Assembly (NCBI GenBank): GCA_026982895.1
Contig: JALWQW010000030.1
Coordinates: 14,115-78,114 of the forward strand
Direction: 5' to 3'
DNA: 64,000 nucleotides
Origin: Candidatus Micrarchaeota archaeon
GTDB lineage: Archaea; Micrarchaeota; Micrarchaeia; Anstonellales; J096
Positions 51,768 to 60,878 of the stretch are shown one piece after another; positions within the stretch are counted from its first letter, which is position 1, and each line of letters starts with the position of its first letter. Position numbers and translations under genes: made by a program. A model generated the notes under the pieces. The model was not told where the DNA came from and ran no database searches. It worked only from the letters and a program-made list of their open reading frames with translations.

Positions 51768-54443
51768 TCACTTCCTTTCGCCGTATTCCTTCAAGAACCT
51801 CTGATAGGTGTATAGAAGCTCGTCGGTTATAGATGGCTTGCGCCTTGAGAATATGGCATCTATCTCTTTATTAGATAACTTCACAGCTTCTCCATGTATC
51901 TTCTTCTGCAAAAGCTGCATCTTAATCTCTTCACACAAAGCCTTAATATCAGCAGCCGAGAAGCCCTCTGTCCTCTTGGCAAAAGCTTTTAAGTCAAACA
52001 TCTCAGCAAAGGGGCCAAGGTGTATTTCAAATATCTTAGCCCTCACCTCTTCTGTCGGCGGAGGCACATATATGATTTTATCAAACCTTCCAGGCCTTAA
52101 TAGAGCAGGGTCTAAAAGCTGTGGAAGGTTCGTCGCACCTATAACCAAAACATTCTTAAGATTCTTAACGCCGTCCATCTCTTGGAGAAGCTGCCCCATG
52201 AGAGGATTGCTGCTTCCACCTCTAGCAGGAGCTACTGTCTCTATCTCGTCTATAAATATAAGAGCGGGCGCGTTGTCCTTAGCTCTATTGAACGCTTCCT
52301 TGAGTATCTCAGGAGCTCTTCCATAACCCTCTTTAAGCAAATCAGCTCCGCTTAGGAATATAATGGGCACGCCAAACTCGCCAGCAGCAGCCCTTACAAT
52401 ATAAGTCTTACCCGTACCAGGAGGCCCGAATAAAAGCAGACCTTTTGGAGGTTTAAGGTCGAATTCTTTTATGAGCTCGCCGTACTTCATGGGCAGCTCG
52501 ACAGCCTCCTTCAAAGCCTTTTTAACATCCTCCATATCAGCCACATCAGCGAAAGTAAGGGTTTTCTCGTCAGTGGCCTTGCGCTTCACCTTCTTAGAAC
52601 GACGCTCAAATTCCATCTTGAACTTATTGTACATTTCGAGCTGAGAAAATGTCGTCGATGGCTTCGTCATGCTTATTATGTTGGTCAAGTCTTCCATTGT
52701 AATAGGCTCTATTTGGCCCGACTGCAAAGCCCTTTGGGCAGATTCTGTCTTCGCCTCTTGAACAACATTCGCTATATCTGCCGGAGAGAAGCGCTCAGTC
52801 ATCTCAGCCAGCTTCTTATAATTAATTTTAGGAGCGACGATGCCATTCTTAGCGAGCTTGCCAAGGTAATATCTGAACAGCAATTCCCTGCCTTTTTTAT
52901 CTGGCAGCCCCATGTAAATAATTTTATCAATTCTTCCCGGCCTCATGAGAGCTTTATCTAAGAGGTTTGGGACATTAGTGGCTGCTACGAATATGATAGG
53001 CTTCTTGCTTACAACACCGTCAAGTTCTTGAAGCAAAGTATTCAAAACCCTCGGTGTAACATCGTCCATGCCCGAGCCCCTTTTCTTGCCTATTGCATCA
53101 ATCTCATCGAAGAAAAGAATTACAGGAGAATTCTTCCTAGCAAAGTCGAAGATTTTGCTCACCATCTTCTCGCTCTCGCCATAGTAAGGGCTAAGAATGT
53201 CCGATGTCTTAACATAGCAAAACATGTAACCAAGCTCTTTGGCTAGAGCCTTCATAAGGTATGTCTTACCCGTACCAGGAGGCCCGAATAAAAGCAAGCC
53301 CTTCGGCGGTTTTAAATTATATTCGACAGCAATTTCAGGATGGGCTAAAGGGGATTTTATAGCAGATATAAGCTCGGCCTTTACATCTTCATAGTTGGCT
53401 ACATCATCCAACCCCCTAAGATTGCTCATAATAGAGAGGTCCTGACAGGGAATGTCAAGATTCTTCATAGCTTTTTCATGTCTCACAGCCCTCTCTCTGC
53501 TAAAGGTGTAATCCTTTAAGCTTATATAATAGAAAAGTGCGTAGTCTATGGCTGTTAGGATGAGCATCTCCCACGGATAGGGCATATCCATCATAAGGTA
53601 AATGCCAAAGTAAAAGATAGGGATTGTGAATAATGAGAGAGCCACTGCGCGCTCGCCCTTTGCACCTCTGAAAGTAACTGTTAAATAGGGTGCAATGTAT
53701 AGAAGAGCGCTCCAAAAGATGATTTGGATTAAGCCCGAATCGTTGAGGAGAATTATGAGGAGATTATTCCACATTATGCCCAACATCTCAGAGAGCTGCA
53801 TCAAACCCTGGGCATTAAAGAGGTTACCCAACGAATTAGGCAAAGCCATCGTAAAGAAATCGACGATGCCAGGAACAGAGCTTCTTATCAATGATGGGTC
53901 TGTTTGATAATAAGAGAGGTGTAAAGGCAAATAGGCGCTGTTAGGAACTTGCCATACGCTGCTTAAAAGCAAAACAAGTAAAACAGACGGCACTGAGAGA
54001 GATGTTGCCCTTAAAGAACCTAAAGACAGAGACGCTATAAACATAGCCAAATAAACAAGCCCTCCTAAGTAAGAAAAAGGCCATATGGCAAAGGGCATGA
54101 ATATGATTATGTGGAGAAAAGCAATCTCCCTCCAACTCGTCCAGACCTTGAAGAAAATAACGGACATGGCCAGCATATATATATAACCAAAGGATGTGCT
54201 TTGATAGAGGGCTGGCAACATATTGAGAACAGCGAGGGTTAAAACGCCATATTCAGGCTTATGGCCATAAGTAACAACGGCGGGAATGAGTGCAACAAAG
54301 GGAATCGTTATAAGTGGAAAAAACGGCATGGCTGCGAAACTGGCCAACGCCGCCAGATAGACGAGCAAAGCATTGACAAAACGGTCATCTTTAAGCAAAA
54401 CCCTTGTATAAGCAGCTACGCGAACAGAGCTTAGTGTGGCCAT
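51768..54443 (-). CDS. Cdc48/VAT-like double AAA+ ATPase with N-terminal polytopic membrane domain (891 aa)
   Basis: The first ~310 aa hold about 9-10 hydrophobic helices. Two AAA modules follow, each with GLLLFGPPGTGKTY (Walker A) and DEID/DEIE (Walker B) plus second-region-of-homology-like PALLRPGRFD / KALMRPGRID. Confidence 0.8.
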   Translation of the reverse strand: MATLSSVRVAAYTRVLLKDDRFVNALLVYLAALASFAAMPFFPLITIPFVALIPAVVTYGHKPEYGVLTLAVLNMLPALYQSTSFGYIYMLAMSVIFFKVWTSWREIAFLHIIIFMPFAIWPFSYLGGLVYLAMFIASLSLGSLRATSLSVPSVLLVLLLSSVWQVPNSAYLPLHLSYYQTDPSLIRSSVPGIVDFFTMALPNSLGNLFNAQGLMQLSEMLGIMWNNLLIILLNDSGLIQIIFWSALLYIAPYLTVTFRGAKGERAVALSLFTIPIFYFGIYLMMDMPYPWEMLILTAIDYALFYYISLKDYTFSRERAVRHEKAMKNLDIPCQDLSIMSNLRGLDDVANYEDVKAELISAIKSPLAHPEIAVEYNLKPPKGLLLFGPPGTGKTYLMKALAKELGYMFCYVKTSDILSPYYGESEKMVSKIFDFARKNSPVILFFDEIDAIGKKRGSGMDDVTPRVLNTLLQELDGVVSKKPIIFVAATNVPNLLDKALMRPGRIDKIIYMGLPDKKGRELLFRYYLGKLAKNGIVAPKINYKKLAEMTERFSPADIANVVQEAKTESAQRALQSGQIEPITMEDLTNIISMTKPSTTFSQLEMYNKFKMEFERRSKKVKRKATDEKTLTFADVADMEDVKKALKEAVELPMKYGELIKEFDLKPPKGLLLFGPPGTGKTYIVRAAAGEFGVPIIFLSGADLLKEGYGRAPEILKEAFNRAKDNAPALIFIDEIETVAPARGGSSNPLMGQLLQEMDGVKNLKNVLVIGATNLPQLLDPALLRPGRFDKIIYVPPPTEEVRAKIFEIHLGPFAEMFDLKAFAKRTEGFSAADIKALCEEIKMQLLQKKIHGEAVKLSNKEIDAIFSRRKPSITDELLYTYQRFLKEYGERK

Positions 54444-54464
54444 CCTTGTCCTAATAGAAGGAAA

Positions 54465-54475
54465 GCTTTAAAAGC
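54465..54475 (-). promoter_or_regulatory. TATA-like A/T box for the membrane AAA ATPase (and downstream trmI-endA)
   Basis: Palindromic gctttaaaagc, 22-32 nt upstream of ATG 54443. Confidence 0.5.
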
Positions 54476-54544
54476 CTCTTCTAATGCCACTCTCTGCAAT
54501 GTAAAAATAAGGGAATAAAAAAGTAAAATATTGGAAGGCAAAAA

Positions 54545-55168
54545 TTATGCCTTCTTTTCTTCCTTTGCCTTGGATTCTTCCTTCTGCTCCTCTAGGACAA
54601 ATTCATATTCAGGGAAGAGGAAGAATATTGTGGGGGCGATTTTGGAATAAACCTCTTTGTCCTTTGTCGTGAGTTTTTTCGCCTTCATATCAACATTTAC
54701 TTTGCCATCAGCATCATATTGTTTAAGGGTGGCGTTTATCTTACCCTCTTCATCCTTCGCAACATCCAAAACTTCTATGTCGAAAACAAGGGTTTTGCCT
54801 GCATAAGGACTGTTGAAATCTATTGTTATGCGGCCATTCTCAACTTTCTTCACCATACCCCTATAAACTTCGCCATGCGGTCCTCTGCTTTCCAAAACAT
54901 CGCCAACCTTTGGAGGGTTCTTGAATTGTGAGGCGGGGTAAGTCTTTATCAAATCAGGAATCACAGGGCCATATGCCTCATTAGGTTCCAATGTGAGCGT
55001 CTTCTTCTCACCAGCCTTCATTTTGGCCAATGTCTCATCAACCCTTGGCAGGATTTTATTCAAGCCATAAACAAATACATCGCCTTTTGCCCTGCCCTCT
55101 TCAAGCACATTTCCATCCTTGTCCTTTATTTTCATCTTCAGCACGATGAAATCACCAAAAACTGCCAT
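54545..55168 (-). CDS. FKBP-type peptidyl-prolyl cis-trans isomerase (SlyD-like with insert)
   Basis: VFVYGLNKILPRVDETLAKMKAGEKKTLTLEPNEAYGP and ...GKTLVFDIEVLDV, followed by an acidic/basic C-terminal tail. Confidence 0.8.
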   Translation of the reverse strand: MAVFGDFIVLKMKIKDKDGNVLEEGRAKGDVFVYGLNKILPRVDETLAKMKAGEKKTLTLEPNEAYGPVIPDLIKTYPASQFKNPPKVGDVLESRGPHGEVYRGMVKKVENGRITIDFNSPYAGKTLVFDIEVLDVAKDEEGKINATLKQYDADGKVNVDMKAKKLTTKDKEVYSKIAPTIFFLFPEYEFVLEEQKEESKAKEEKKA

Positions 55169-55240
55169 AACATCACCTCTCCCTTTAATATAGGCATGTC
55201 TTTTTATAGGTTTGCTTAGATAAATTAAATGTGAGGAAAG

Positions 55241-56098
55241 ATGGGGTTCAATAAAAAATATCTTCTCTTATTCGCAGGTTTATCTTTAGCACTGTATTCA
55301 CTACAGCCCATAAGACAATCCTTAAAAAATTCACGACAGAAGATATTTAAGGATGTAGTCGAAGAAAGAACTTATTACCATAAATCCAGAGCATTTAAAA
55401 AGAGTTCTCAAAAGGAAAACTTTACTGCAAGAAAAGAGATTGATGCAAAAAAGGAAGTGAGTTTATCTGAAGAAATAAACAATTTCATTCAAAAGGCTAG
55501 AAAAATGAGGAATTATGATGTCCTTATGGAAAACTCTTTACCCACACTCTTCTTTATGTTCCATCCTCATGGGGGTAATAGAGGTTATTCAAATATTAAC
55601 GAGGAGAAAAGATTTGTAGAGCATATAAAAAAGCTGATCGAAACGAGTGGATGGCCTTCTGAGAGCTTCAAAAGCAATCTCTATATAAAAGTAAGGAAAG
55701 AAGACAAACTCCCCTGTTTAGCTGATTGTGTAGATATAACAATTATGGGTAGCCTAGGCGCGTATCTAGTAGAGAATTTTATAGGTGGGAGAGAATCGGC
55801 TGTTCTTAAAAATAAAGAGTTTATTATAAATCCTGTTAGAGCATTGTTTAGGCAGCCTCTTATGAGCATCATAGATTATGCATCATTGAAGGGTATAGAA
55901 CCCTCAGAATATGAATACAAATTCCTTCAAGAAGCGTTTTTCCGCCTTAAAACCGTATTTAAATCAGCGGGCATAGCTGTAAACTTGGAAAAGCTAAAAA
56001 AGAATGAGTTACCCCAACTCATAGAAAGATATAAAGTACATGTTAATGTTGAGGATGTTGAAAAGCTTAAAGCTTTTGTCGAGAAGATTCACCCTTAA
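55241..56098 (+). CDS. hypothetical secreted/membrane-anchored protein (285 aa)
   Basis: N-terminal hydrophobic segment KKYLLLFAGLSLALYSL. No family recognised. Confidence 0.5.
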   Translation: MGFNKKYLLLFAGLSLALYSLQPIRQSLKNSRQKIFKDVVEERTYYHKSRAFKKSSQKENFTARKEIDAKKEVSLSEEINNFIQKARKMRNYDVLMENSLPTLFFMFHPHGGNRGYSNINEEKRFVEHIKKLIETSGWPSESFKSNLYIKVRKEDKLPCLADCVDITIMGSLGAYLVENFIGGRESAVLKNKEFIINPVRALFRQPLMSIIDYASLKGIEPSEYEYKFLQEAFFRLKTVFKSAGIAVNLEKLKKNELPQLIERYKVHVNVEDVEKLKAFVEKIHP

Positions 56099-56250
56099 AA
56101 CCCTATAGATTGCCCTCTAAAAAATGGCCTGCTGTAAGAGAATGTTTATAGAGATTTTCAGGAGAGGGTAATTGTCTCTCAACATCATTGCCATTTGCCA
56201 TAGTGGAATATAGTAGGCACTCTTTAAAACCTTTCTTTCCCACCCTCGAC

Positions 56251-56688
56251 ATGTCCTGTAAAAAGGAGAAATCTGCTGGCTGGATAATAATCAACGACGG
56301 CAAAATCCTTCTCATAAAAAACAGCCTCGGCCACTGGGACTTTCCAAAGGGCAGGGTTGAGAAGGGGGAAACATTGGAGAAAGCTGCATATAGAGAATTA
56401 GAAGAGGAAACGGGTTTAGAAAAAAGTGACATAATGAAAATCGAAGGATTCGAGAAGATTATTAATTACACATTTTCCTATCCAGGCGAAGCACAGAAAA
56501 GATGCAAAGATGTGCATTTCTTTCTTGCTTTCCTAATCGCCCCCACAGAAGATATAAGGATAAGCCGCGAACACACCGCCTATAAATGGGCAACGCCAAA
56601 AACGGCTCTAAAACTCCTCAAATACAAAAATCAGCGAACAGTTTTGGAGGCAGCACTTAAATTCGCCAACACACCTATGGCGTTATAG
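56251..56688 (+). CDS. NUDIX hydrolase
   Basis: Nudix box GHWDFPKGRVEKGETLEKAAYRELEEETGL. The start is placed at Met22 of the track ORF (56251), 21-30 nt after the A/T box tctttaaaac at 56221-56230. Confidence 0.85.
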   Translation: MSCKKEKSAGWIIINDGKILLIKNSLGHWDFPKGRVEKGETLEKAAYRELEEETGLEKSDIMKIEGFEKIINYTFSYPGEAQKRCKDVHFFLAFLIAPTEDIRISREHTAYKWATPKTALKLLKYKNQRTVLEAALKFANTPMAL

Positions 56689-56717
56689 TTATAAATACCT
56701 CCTCTTAAAGAACAGCG

Positions 56718-57335
56718 ATGGATGTTTGTATAAAGTGTGGAAAAAGAGCTGCAGAGATTGGTTTGCTATGCAGAAGCTGTTTTGTGCCAAAGATTAAAAT
56801 GCCCAAACCGATAACTATAATCAAATGCAGAGATTGTGGCAAGCTTTACATTCAGGGGAAATGGCAGCATATGACGACGAAAAAATTGAGCAATTACCTT
56901 GCCAAAAAAATAAAGGGGGATTTTGAAAGAGCAGAGCTCGATATAGAAAACAAAGAGGCGCATATTTATTACAATACAGACAATGGTGAAGAAGTCGAAT
57001 ACACCTTCCCTTTTCCACTAAAATTTGAAAAGGGGCTCTGCCCACAATGCAGTAGGGCTCATGGTGGGTATTATGAAGCGATTTTCCAGCTCAGAGGCGA
57101 CCCTAAGAAGATAAGGCGTATGAAAAACATGTTTTTAAGATATGCTCATGACAAGACATTCATAAATAAAGAAGAGGAGAAGCACGGCGGCATAGACATT
57201 TATGTAGGGCACAGTAAAGTTCTCATCCAATTCCTGGCAGAGAATAGAATAAAAGATTACAAACTAAGCAGGAAGTTGCATACACAAAAAGAAGGGAAAA
57301 GGCAGTATAGAATAACAATAGCTTTGCGGCTTTAA
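56718..57335 (+). CDS. NMD3-family protein (archaeal homologue of 60S export adaptor)
   Basis: Four Cys pairs in the NMD3-type arrangement (CIKCGK...CRSC, CRDCGK, CPQCSR) and overall size. Confidence 0.6.
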   Translation: MDVCIKCGKRAAEIGLLCRSCFVPKIKMPKPITIIKCRDCGKLYIQGKWQHMTTKKLSNYLAKKIKGDFERAELDIENKEAHIYYNTDNGEEVEYTFPFPLKFEKGLCPQCSRAHGGYYEAIFQLRGDPKKIRRMKNMFLRYAHDKTFINKEEEKHGGIDIYVGHSKVLIQFLAENRIKDYKLSRKLHTQKEGKRQYRITIALRL

Positions 57336-57336
57336 G

Positions 57337-57501
57337 TTATTTTTTCCTCTCCATCATAGGCTTCTTATCATCAAATTTAGACCTCTCCATTGTCTTACCA
57401 TAAAAATACCTATTGGCCTGAATACGCGCTATACGGTTGATGCGGTCTACAGCCTGATGGGGAACTACGCTCCGCCTGTACCATATAAATTTGAATGTCA
57501 T
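57337..57501 (-). CDS. small basic protein, 54 aa (unassigned)
   Basis: Hand translation gives MTFKFIWYRRSVVPHQAVDRINRIARIQANRYFYGKTMERSKFDDKKPMMERKK*. A/T box at 57524-57533, 23-32 nt upstream. Below the ORF-track cutoff. Confidence 0.45.
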   Translation of the reverse strand: MTFKFIWYRRSVVPHQAVDRINRIARIQANRYFYGKTMERSKFDDKKPMMERKK

Positions 57502-57523
57502 GTAATGTTATTTTGAGGAGAAA

Positions 57524-57533
57524 TGTTTAAAAA
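57524..57533 (-). promoter_or_regulatory. TATA-like A/T box for the 54-aa ORF
   Basis: Minus-strand ctttttaaac, 23-32 nt upstream of ATG 57501. Confidence 0.5.
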
Positions 57534-57570
57534 GTTGCTAGAGGTGGTTATAAAAAGGTTTGCCAATCAG

Positions 57571-57585
57571 CCTTTAAATATATAG
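57571..57585 (+). promoter_or_regulatory. TATA-like A/T box for the methyltransferase gene
   Basis: cctttaaatatatag, 15-29 nt upstream of ATG 57600. Confidence 0.5.
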
Positions 57586-57599
57586 CTCCTGTTTTAAGT

Positions 57600-58706
57600 A
57601 TGGAGCTCTTAACAGATTTGACATTAGGAAGATATTTCACATTCAAAGAAGCAGACAAGTTACCCATCCACAGATGGTTCCACTACAAAGAGGGTTTTTC
57701 GCCACAGCTCGTTCACAAGCTTATAGACGAAGGCTTCGGAGGACCTCTCCTCGACCCGTTCATGGGAAGCGGAACTACATTATTAGCAGCAGATGAGAAA
57801 TGCATAGAAAGTTATGGTATAGATGTTTCGCCATTATCTGTATTCGTTGCAGAAACAAAGGTAAGAAAATATGGCAGAGATGTCTTGAAAGAGCTCGAAT
57901 CGTTTGCAAAAGCGCTTAAAACATTTAAAGACGAGGCCAAATGGACATTTGAACTCTTTCCACCTCAAAGAGCATTCCCTCCTAGGAATTACCATGCCAT
58001 ACTCAAAATCCGCGAAGCTATTGAACATCTAGAGTATCCTGTGAAAAGTCTGGCGCTTTTAGCCCTGATAAGCATTATTCCAAGAACATCCTTCGTCGTA
58101 AAAGATGGCGGTGTTTTGCGCATAATGAAGCACAAGAGGGTAGGCGATGCGTATGATATATACCGACGGACTGCGAAGAAAATCATCCACGACACGCAAA
58201 AATTCAAACACTGCATAGAAGGAAAAGCGGAATTCGGCGATGCTAGGAGGATGCCAATAGAAGATGAAACGATTTCTTCAATCATCACATCTCCGCCATA
58301 CCTAAACAATGTCGATTACTCCAAGGTTTACGGCATGGAGCTATCCCTTCTCACGCTCAATAAAAGAGCAACGGTTGAAACGAGGAAGCACCTCCTTCCC
58401 TCTTTTATAGGCGTTAAGGGCAGTTTTGGCGAATATAAAGAAATGGCCGCCAACAGCTATTTTAAAGCCAGCGAAGAGGTTTGGAAAGAATTCCACCGCG
58501 TGCTTAAAGAAGGTGGCAAGGTCGCTTACAATGTCAGCAACGCCGTTATACACGGCGAACATATAGCAGTGGATGAAAAAATAGCTGAGATAGCAGAGAA
58601 CCTTGGCTTTAAGAATGTAAAAATCATCGTCGGGTTGATAAGGAAAACGCGCATAAACAGGAGAATATATAAAGTGAGGGAAAGCTTAATAACTGCTGAA
58701 AAATAA
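57600..58706 (+). CDS. SAM-dependent N6-adenine/N4-cytosine-type methyltransferase (SPPY motif), no partner nuclease seen
   Basis: AdoMet motif I LLDPFMGSGTTLLAA near the N-terminus and catalytic motif IV ITSPPYLNNVDY about 175 aa later (alpha-type order). Confidence 0.6.
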   Translation: MELLTDLTLGRYFTFKEADKLPIHRWFHYKEGFSPQLVHKLIDEGFGGPLLDPFMGSGTTLLAADEKCIESYGIDVSPLSVFVAETKVRKYGRDVLKELESFAKALKTFKDEAKWTFELFPPQRAFPPRNYHAILKIREAIEHLEYPVKSLALLALISIIPRTSFVVKDGGVLRIMKHKRVGDAYDIYRRTAKKIIHDTQKFKHCIEGKAEFGDARRMPIEDETISSIITSPPYLNNVDYSKVYGMELSLLTLNKRATVETRKHLLPSFIGVKGSFGEYKEMAANSYFKASEEVWKEFHRVLKEGGKVAYNVSNAVIHGEHIAVDEKIAEIAENLGFKNVKIIVGLIRKTRINRRIYKVRESLITAEK

Positions 58707-58732
58707 GTGCTAAAAATAAAAAATTGAAAAAA

Positions 58733-59368
58733 TTATTGTTTGCTGAGCTTGTCTATCTCCGCCTTAGACAGAAAACGAGCTCCGTCTTTATCTATGACGA
58801 GGATATCTATGCCATCGCCGCTAGCAGAATCCCTGTGCATCGCCGCTTGAATGGCATTGACGACGAGCTTAACACCCTCCTTCCAGCTCATCTTTTCATT
58901 GTAGCCCTTGTCAAGAACACCGAAGGCTATTAAGCTGCCAGAGCCGCTGCTCGTCACCTTCTCTGGCGTAACGCCGCCTACCATATCAACACTGTAAAGA
59001 GAAGGTTTTCCTTCATGATAACCTGCTAGGATATTCGCCACCCAGAAAGGGTAATACCTATTGCTGCTTAATATATTGGCAAAAATAGTCGCTGCTGCAT
59101 GTGGTGAGATAGGTTTTCCTGTCTCTAACCTATACCTCTTAGCTTCCAATGCCATCCACCTAGCCAACGCCTGATTGTCGCCGACGCTTCCAGCCAAAGT
59201 CATGGCAAGATGGTCCGCTATAGGTATAATTTTAGTTATCTCTCTGCTATGAATATAATTTCCCATCGTCGCTCTCTTATCAGCGCCTAAAATAACGGCA
59301 TCCTTAGTTACTAAACCAACCGTCGTCGTTCCTGTCTTTAATTTCTCAACAGTGGCTTCCTCATTCAC
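58733..59368 (-). CDS. psmB: proteasome subunit beta
   Basis: Short propeptide followed by TGTTTVGLVTKDAVILGADKRATMG. GTG start. Confidence 0.9.
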   Translation of the reverse strand: MNEEATVEKLKTGTTTVGLVTKDAVILGADKRATMGNYIHSREITKIIPIADHLAMTLAGSVGDNQALARWMALEAKRYRLETGKPISPHAAATIFANILSSNRYYPFWVANILAGYHEGKPSLYSVDMVGGVTPEKVTSSGSGSLIAFGVLDKGYNEKMSWKEGVKLVVNAIQAAMHRDSASGDGIDILVIDKDGARFLSKAEIDKLSKQ

Positions 59369-59431
59369 ATTTTCACCAACCCATATGTGAAAGCATAATG
59401 TTTAAAAAGGCTCTTATAGACAAAGAAGACA

Positions 59432-59848
59432 ATGTCATTACCAAATTATGAAGAAATGCTCAACGAAGCATATGAGAAATTAGATGAACTCTCGATAAAG
59501 AGGGGGAGCGACCGTTTCGAGGTTCCAGAAGTAGATGCACTCATCGAGGGAAGTAGGACTGTGTTTAGAAACTTCGCCAGCTTCTGCGAGAAGATTAGAC
59601 GAGACCCGGATTTTGTAGCGAAGTTCATAAGCAAGGAGTTCGGCGCACCGACGAAGATAGAAGGAGATAGGCTCATAATACAGCGTAGAGTTAGAAAAGA
59701 GCAGTTGCAAAATAAAATGAAGCTGTTCGTAGATTACTTTGTTATATGCCATGAGTGTGGAAAACCTGACACAAAGATTGTATCACTGGAGGGCGTGCAG
59801 TACATCGTCTGCGAAGCCTGTGGCGCTAGGAGGCCTCTGAAAAAATGA
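59432..59848 (+). CDS. eif2b: translation initiation factor aIF-2 subunit beta
   Basis: C-terminal zinc ribbon CHECGKPDT...CEACGA and the central FISKEFGAPTKIEGDRLIIQ. Confidence 0.88.
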   Translation: MSLPNYEEMLNEAYEKLDELSIKRGSDRFEVPEVDALIEGSRTVFRNFASFCEKIRRDPDFVAKFISKEFGAPTKIEGDRLIIQRRVRKEQLQNKMKLFVDYFVICHECGKPDTKIVSLEGVQYIVCEACGARRPLKK

Positions 59849-60168
59849 ACGGCAGAAAAAAGAAAGCTCCGCCTCAGCAAGAGCAGATTGTTAGGGTTAA
59901 GATGCCCAAGCAAAGAGAGGGTGAGATGTTTGGCGTAGTTATGGCAGAGTTTGGAGGCGCTCGATTTTCCTGCTACTGTGAAGACGGCAAAGAAAGAATA
60001 TGCCGAATCCCCGGCAGATTGAAAAGGCGCGTTTGGGTAAGGGAAGGCGATTATGTTATTGTAAAGCCATGGGAGATTGAAGGAGACAAAAAAGGAGATA
60101 TACTCTGGCGTTATAGGCCATTGGAAGTAGAATGGCTTAAAAACCGTAACTACCTAAAAGACCTTTAA
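59845..60168 (+). CDS. eif1a: translation initiation factor aIF-1A
   Basis: S1-like OB fold: EMFGVVMAEFGGARFSCYCEDGKERICRIPGRLKRRVWVREGDYVIVKPWE. Confidence 0.9.
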   Translation: MNGRKKKAPPQQEQIVRVKMPKQREGEMFGVVMAEFGGARFSCYCEDGKERICRIPGRLKRRVWVREGDYVIVKPWEIEGDKKGDILWRYRPLEVEWLKNRNYLKDL

Positions 60169-60878
60169 TGTCCGAAGAAAAGATAAAGGAGCGCTGGAAG
60201 ATAGAAGACAGGGTGTTTGACAGGCGCAGCCTTCTAGCCCTATCCAAAATTCTAAAAAAAGGCATTATAGAGCACATAGACTTTCCTATATCAACAGGGA
60301 AAGAAGCCAATGTTTATAGGGCTACAACGCCGGAAGGAGAATTCGCGGCTGTGAAGATGTACCGCATAGAAACCACAGACTTTGTTCAGCGTTTGGAGTA
60401 CATTGAAGGAGACCCGCGTTTTCATCTAGTTAAGAGAACACAGGCCGAGATAGTTTATGCCTTCACAAAAAAGGAATTCAAGAATCTCCACCTCGCGATA
60501 AAAGCAGGCGTTGATACAGCACAGCCCCTCTTTGCTGTAAAGAACATTGTAGTAATGAGCTTCCTAGGAAAGGACGGTTTCCCATATCCACCCCTCTATA
60601 AAGTCGGTAAGGAGGTTATAGAAGAGGATTTCCACAACATCATTGAAAATGTTAAGCGCCTCTATGAGGGAGGGTTAGTGCATTCAGATTTAAGCGAATA
60701 CAATATTCTTTTAGGCGATAAACCATATTTGATAGACTTTGCGCAAGGTGTCGCATTGGAGCATCCAAAAGCCCATGAATTCTTGCAAAGGGATTTAAGC
60801 AATGTACTCGAGTTTTTTAAGCGTTATTTAAGTATAGATTACACATTAGACGAACTTTACAAAGAGGTTATCGAATGA
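60168..60878 (+). CDS. rio1: RIO-type serine/threonine protein kinase (Rio1-like, no N-terminal wHTH)
   Basis: STGKEANVY, VKMYR, LVHSDLSEYNIL and IDFAQ motifs. Confidence 0.85.
   Translation: MSEEKIKERWKIEDRVFDRRSLLALSKILKKGIIEHIDFPISTGKEANVYRATTPEGEFAAVKMYRIETTDFVQRLEYIEGDPRFHLVKRTQAEIVYAFTKKEFKNLHLAIKAGVDTAQPLFAVKNIVVMSFLGKDGFPYPPLYKVGKEVIEEDFHNIIENVKRLYEGGLVHSDLSEYNILLGDKPYLIDFAQGVALEHPKAHEFLQRDLSNVLEFFKRYLSIDYTLDELYKEVIE

Noticed and set aside
56103-56432. 109-aa minus-strand ORF overlapping the Nudix gene start
   Set aside because: It overlaps the Nudix hydrolase, which has a clear Nudix box and a promoter at the correct distance. It has no supporting signal of its own.
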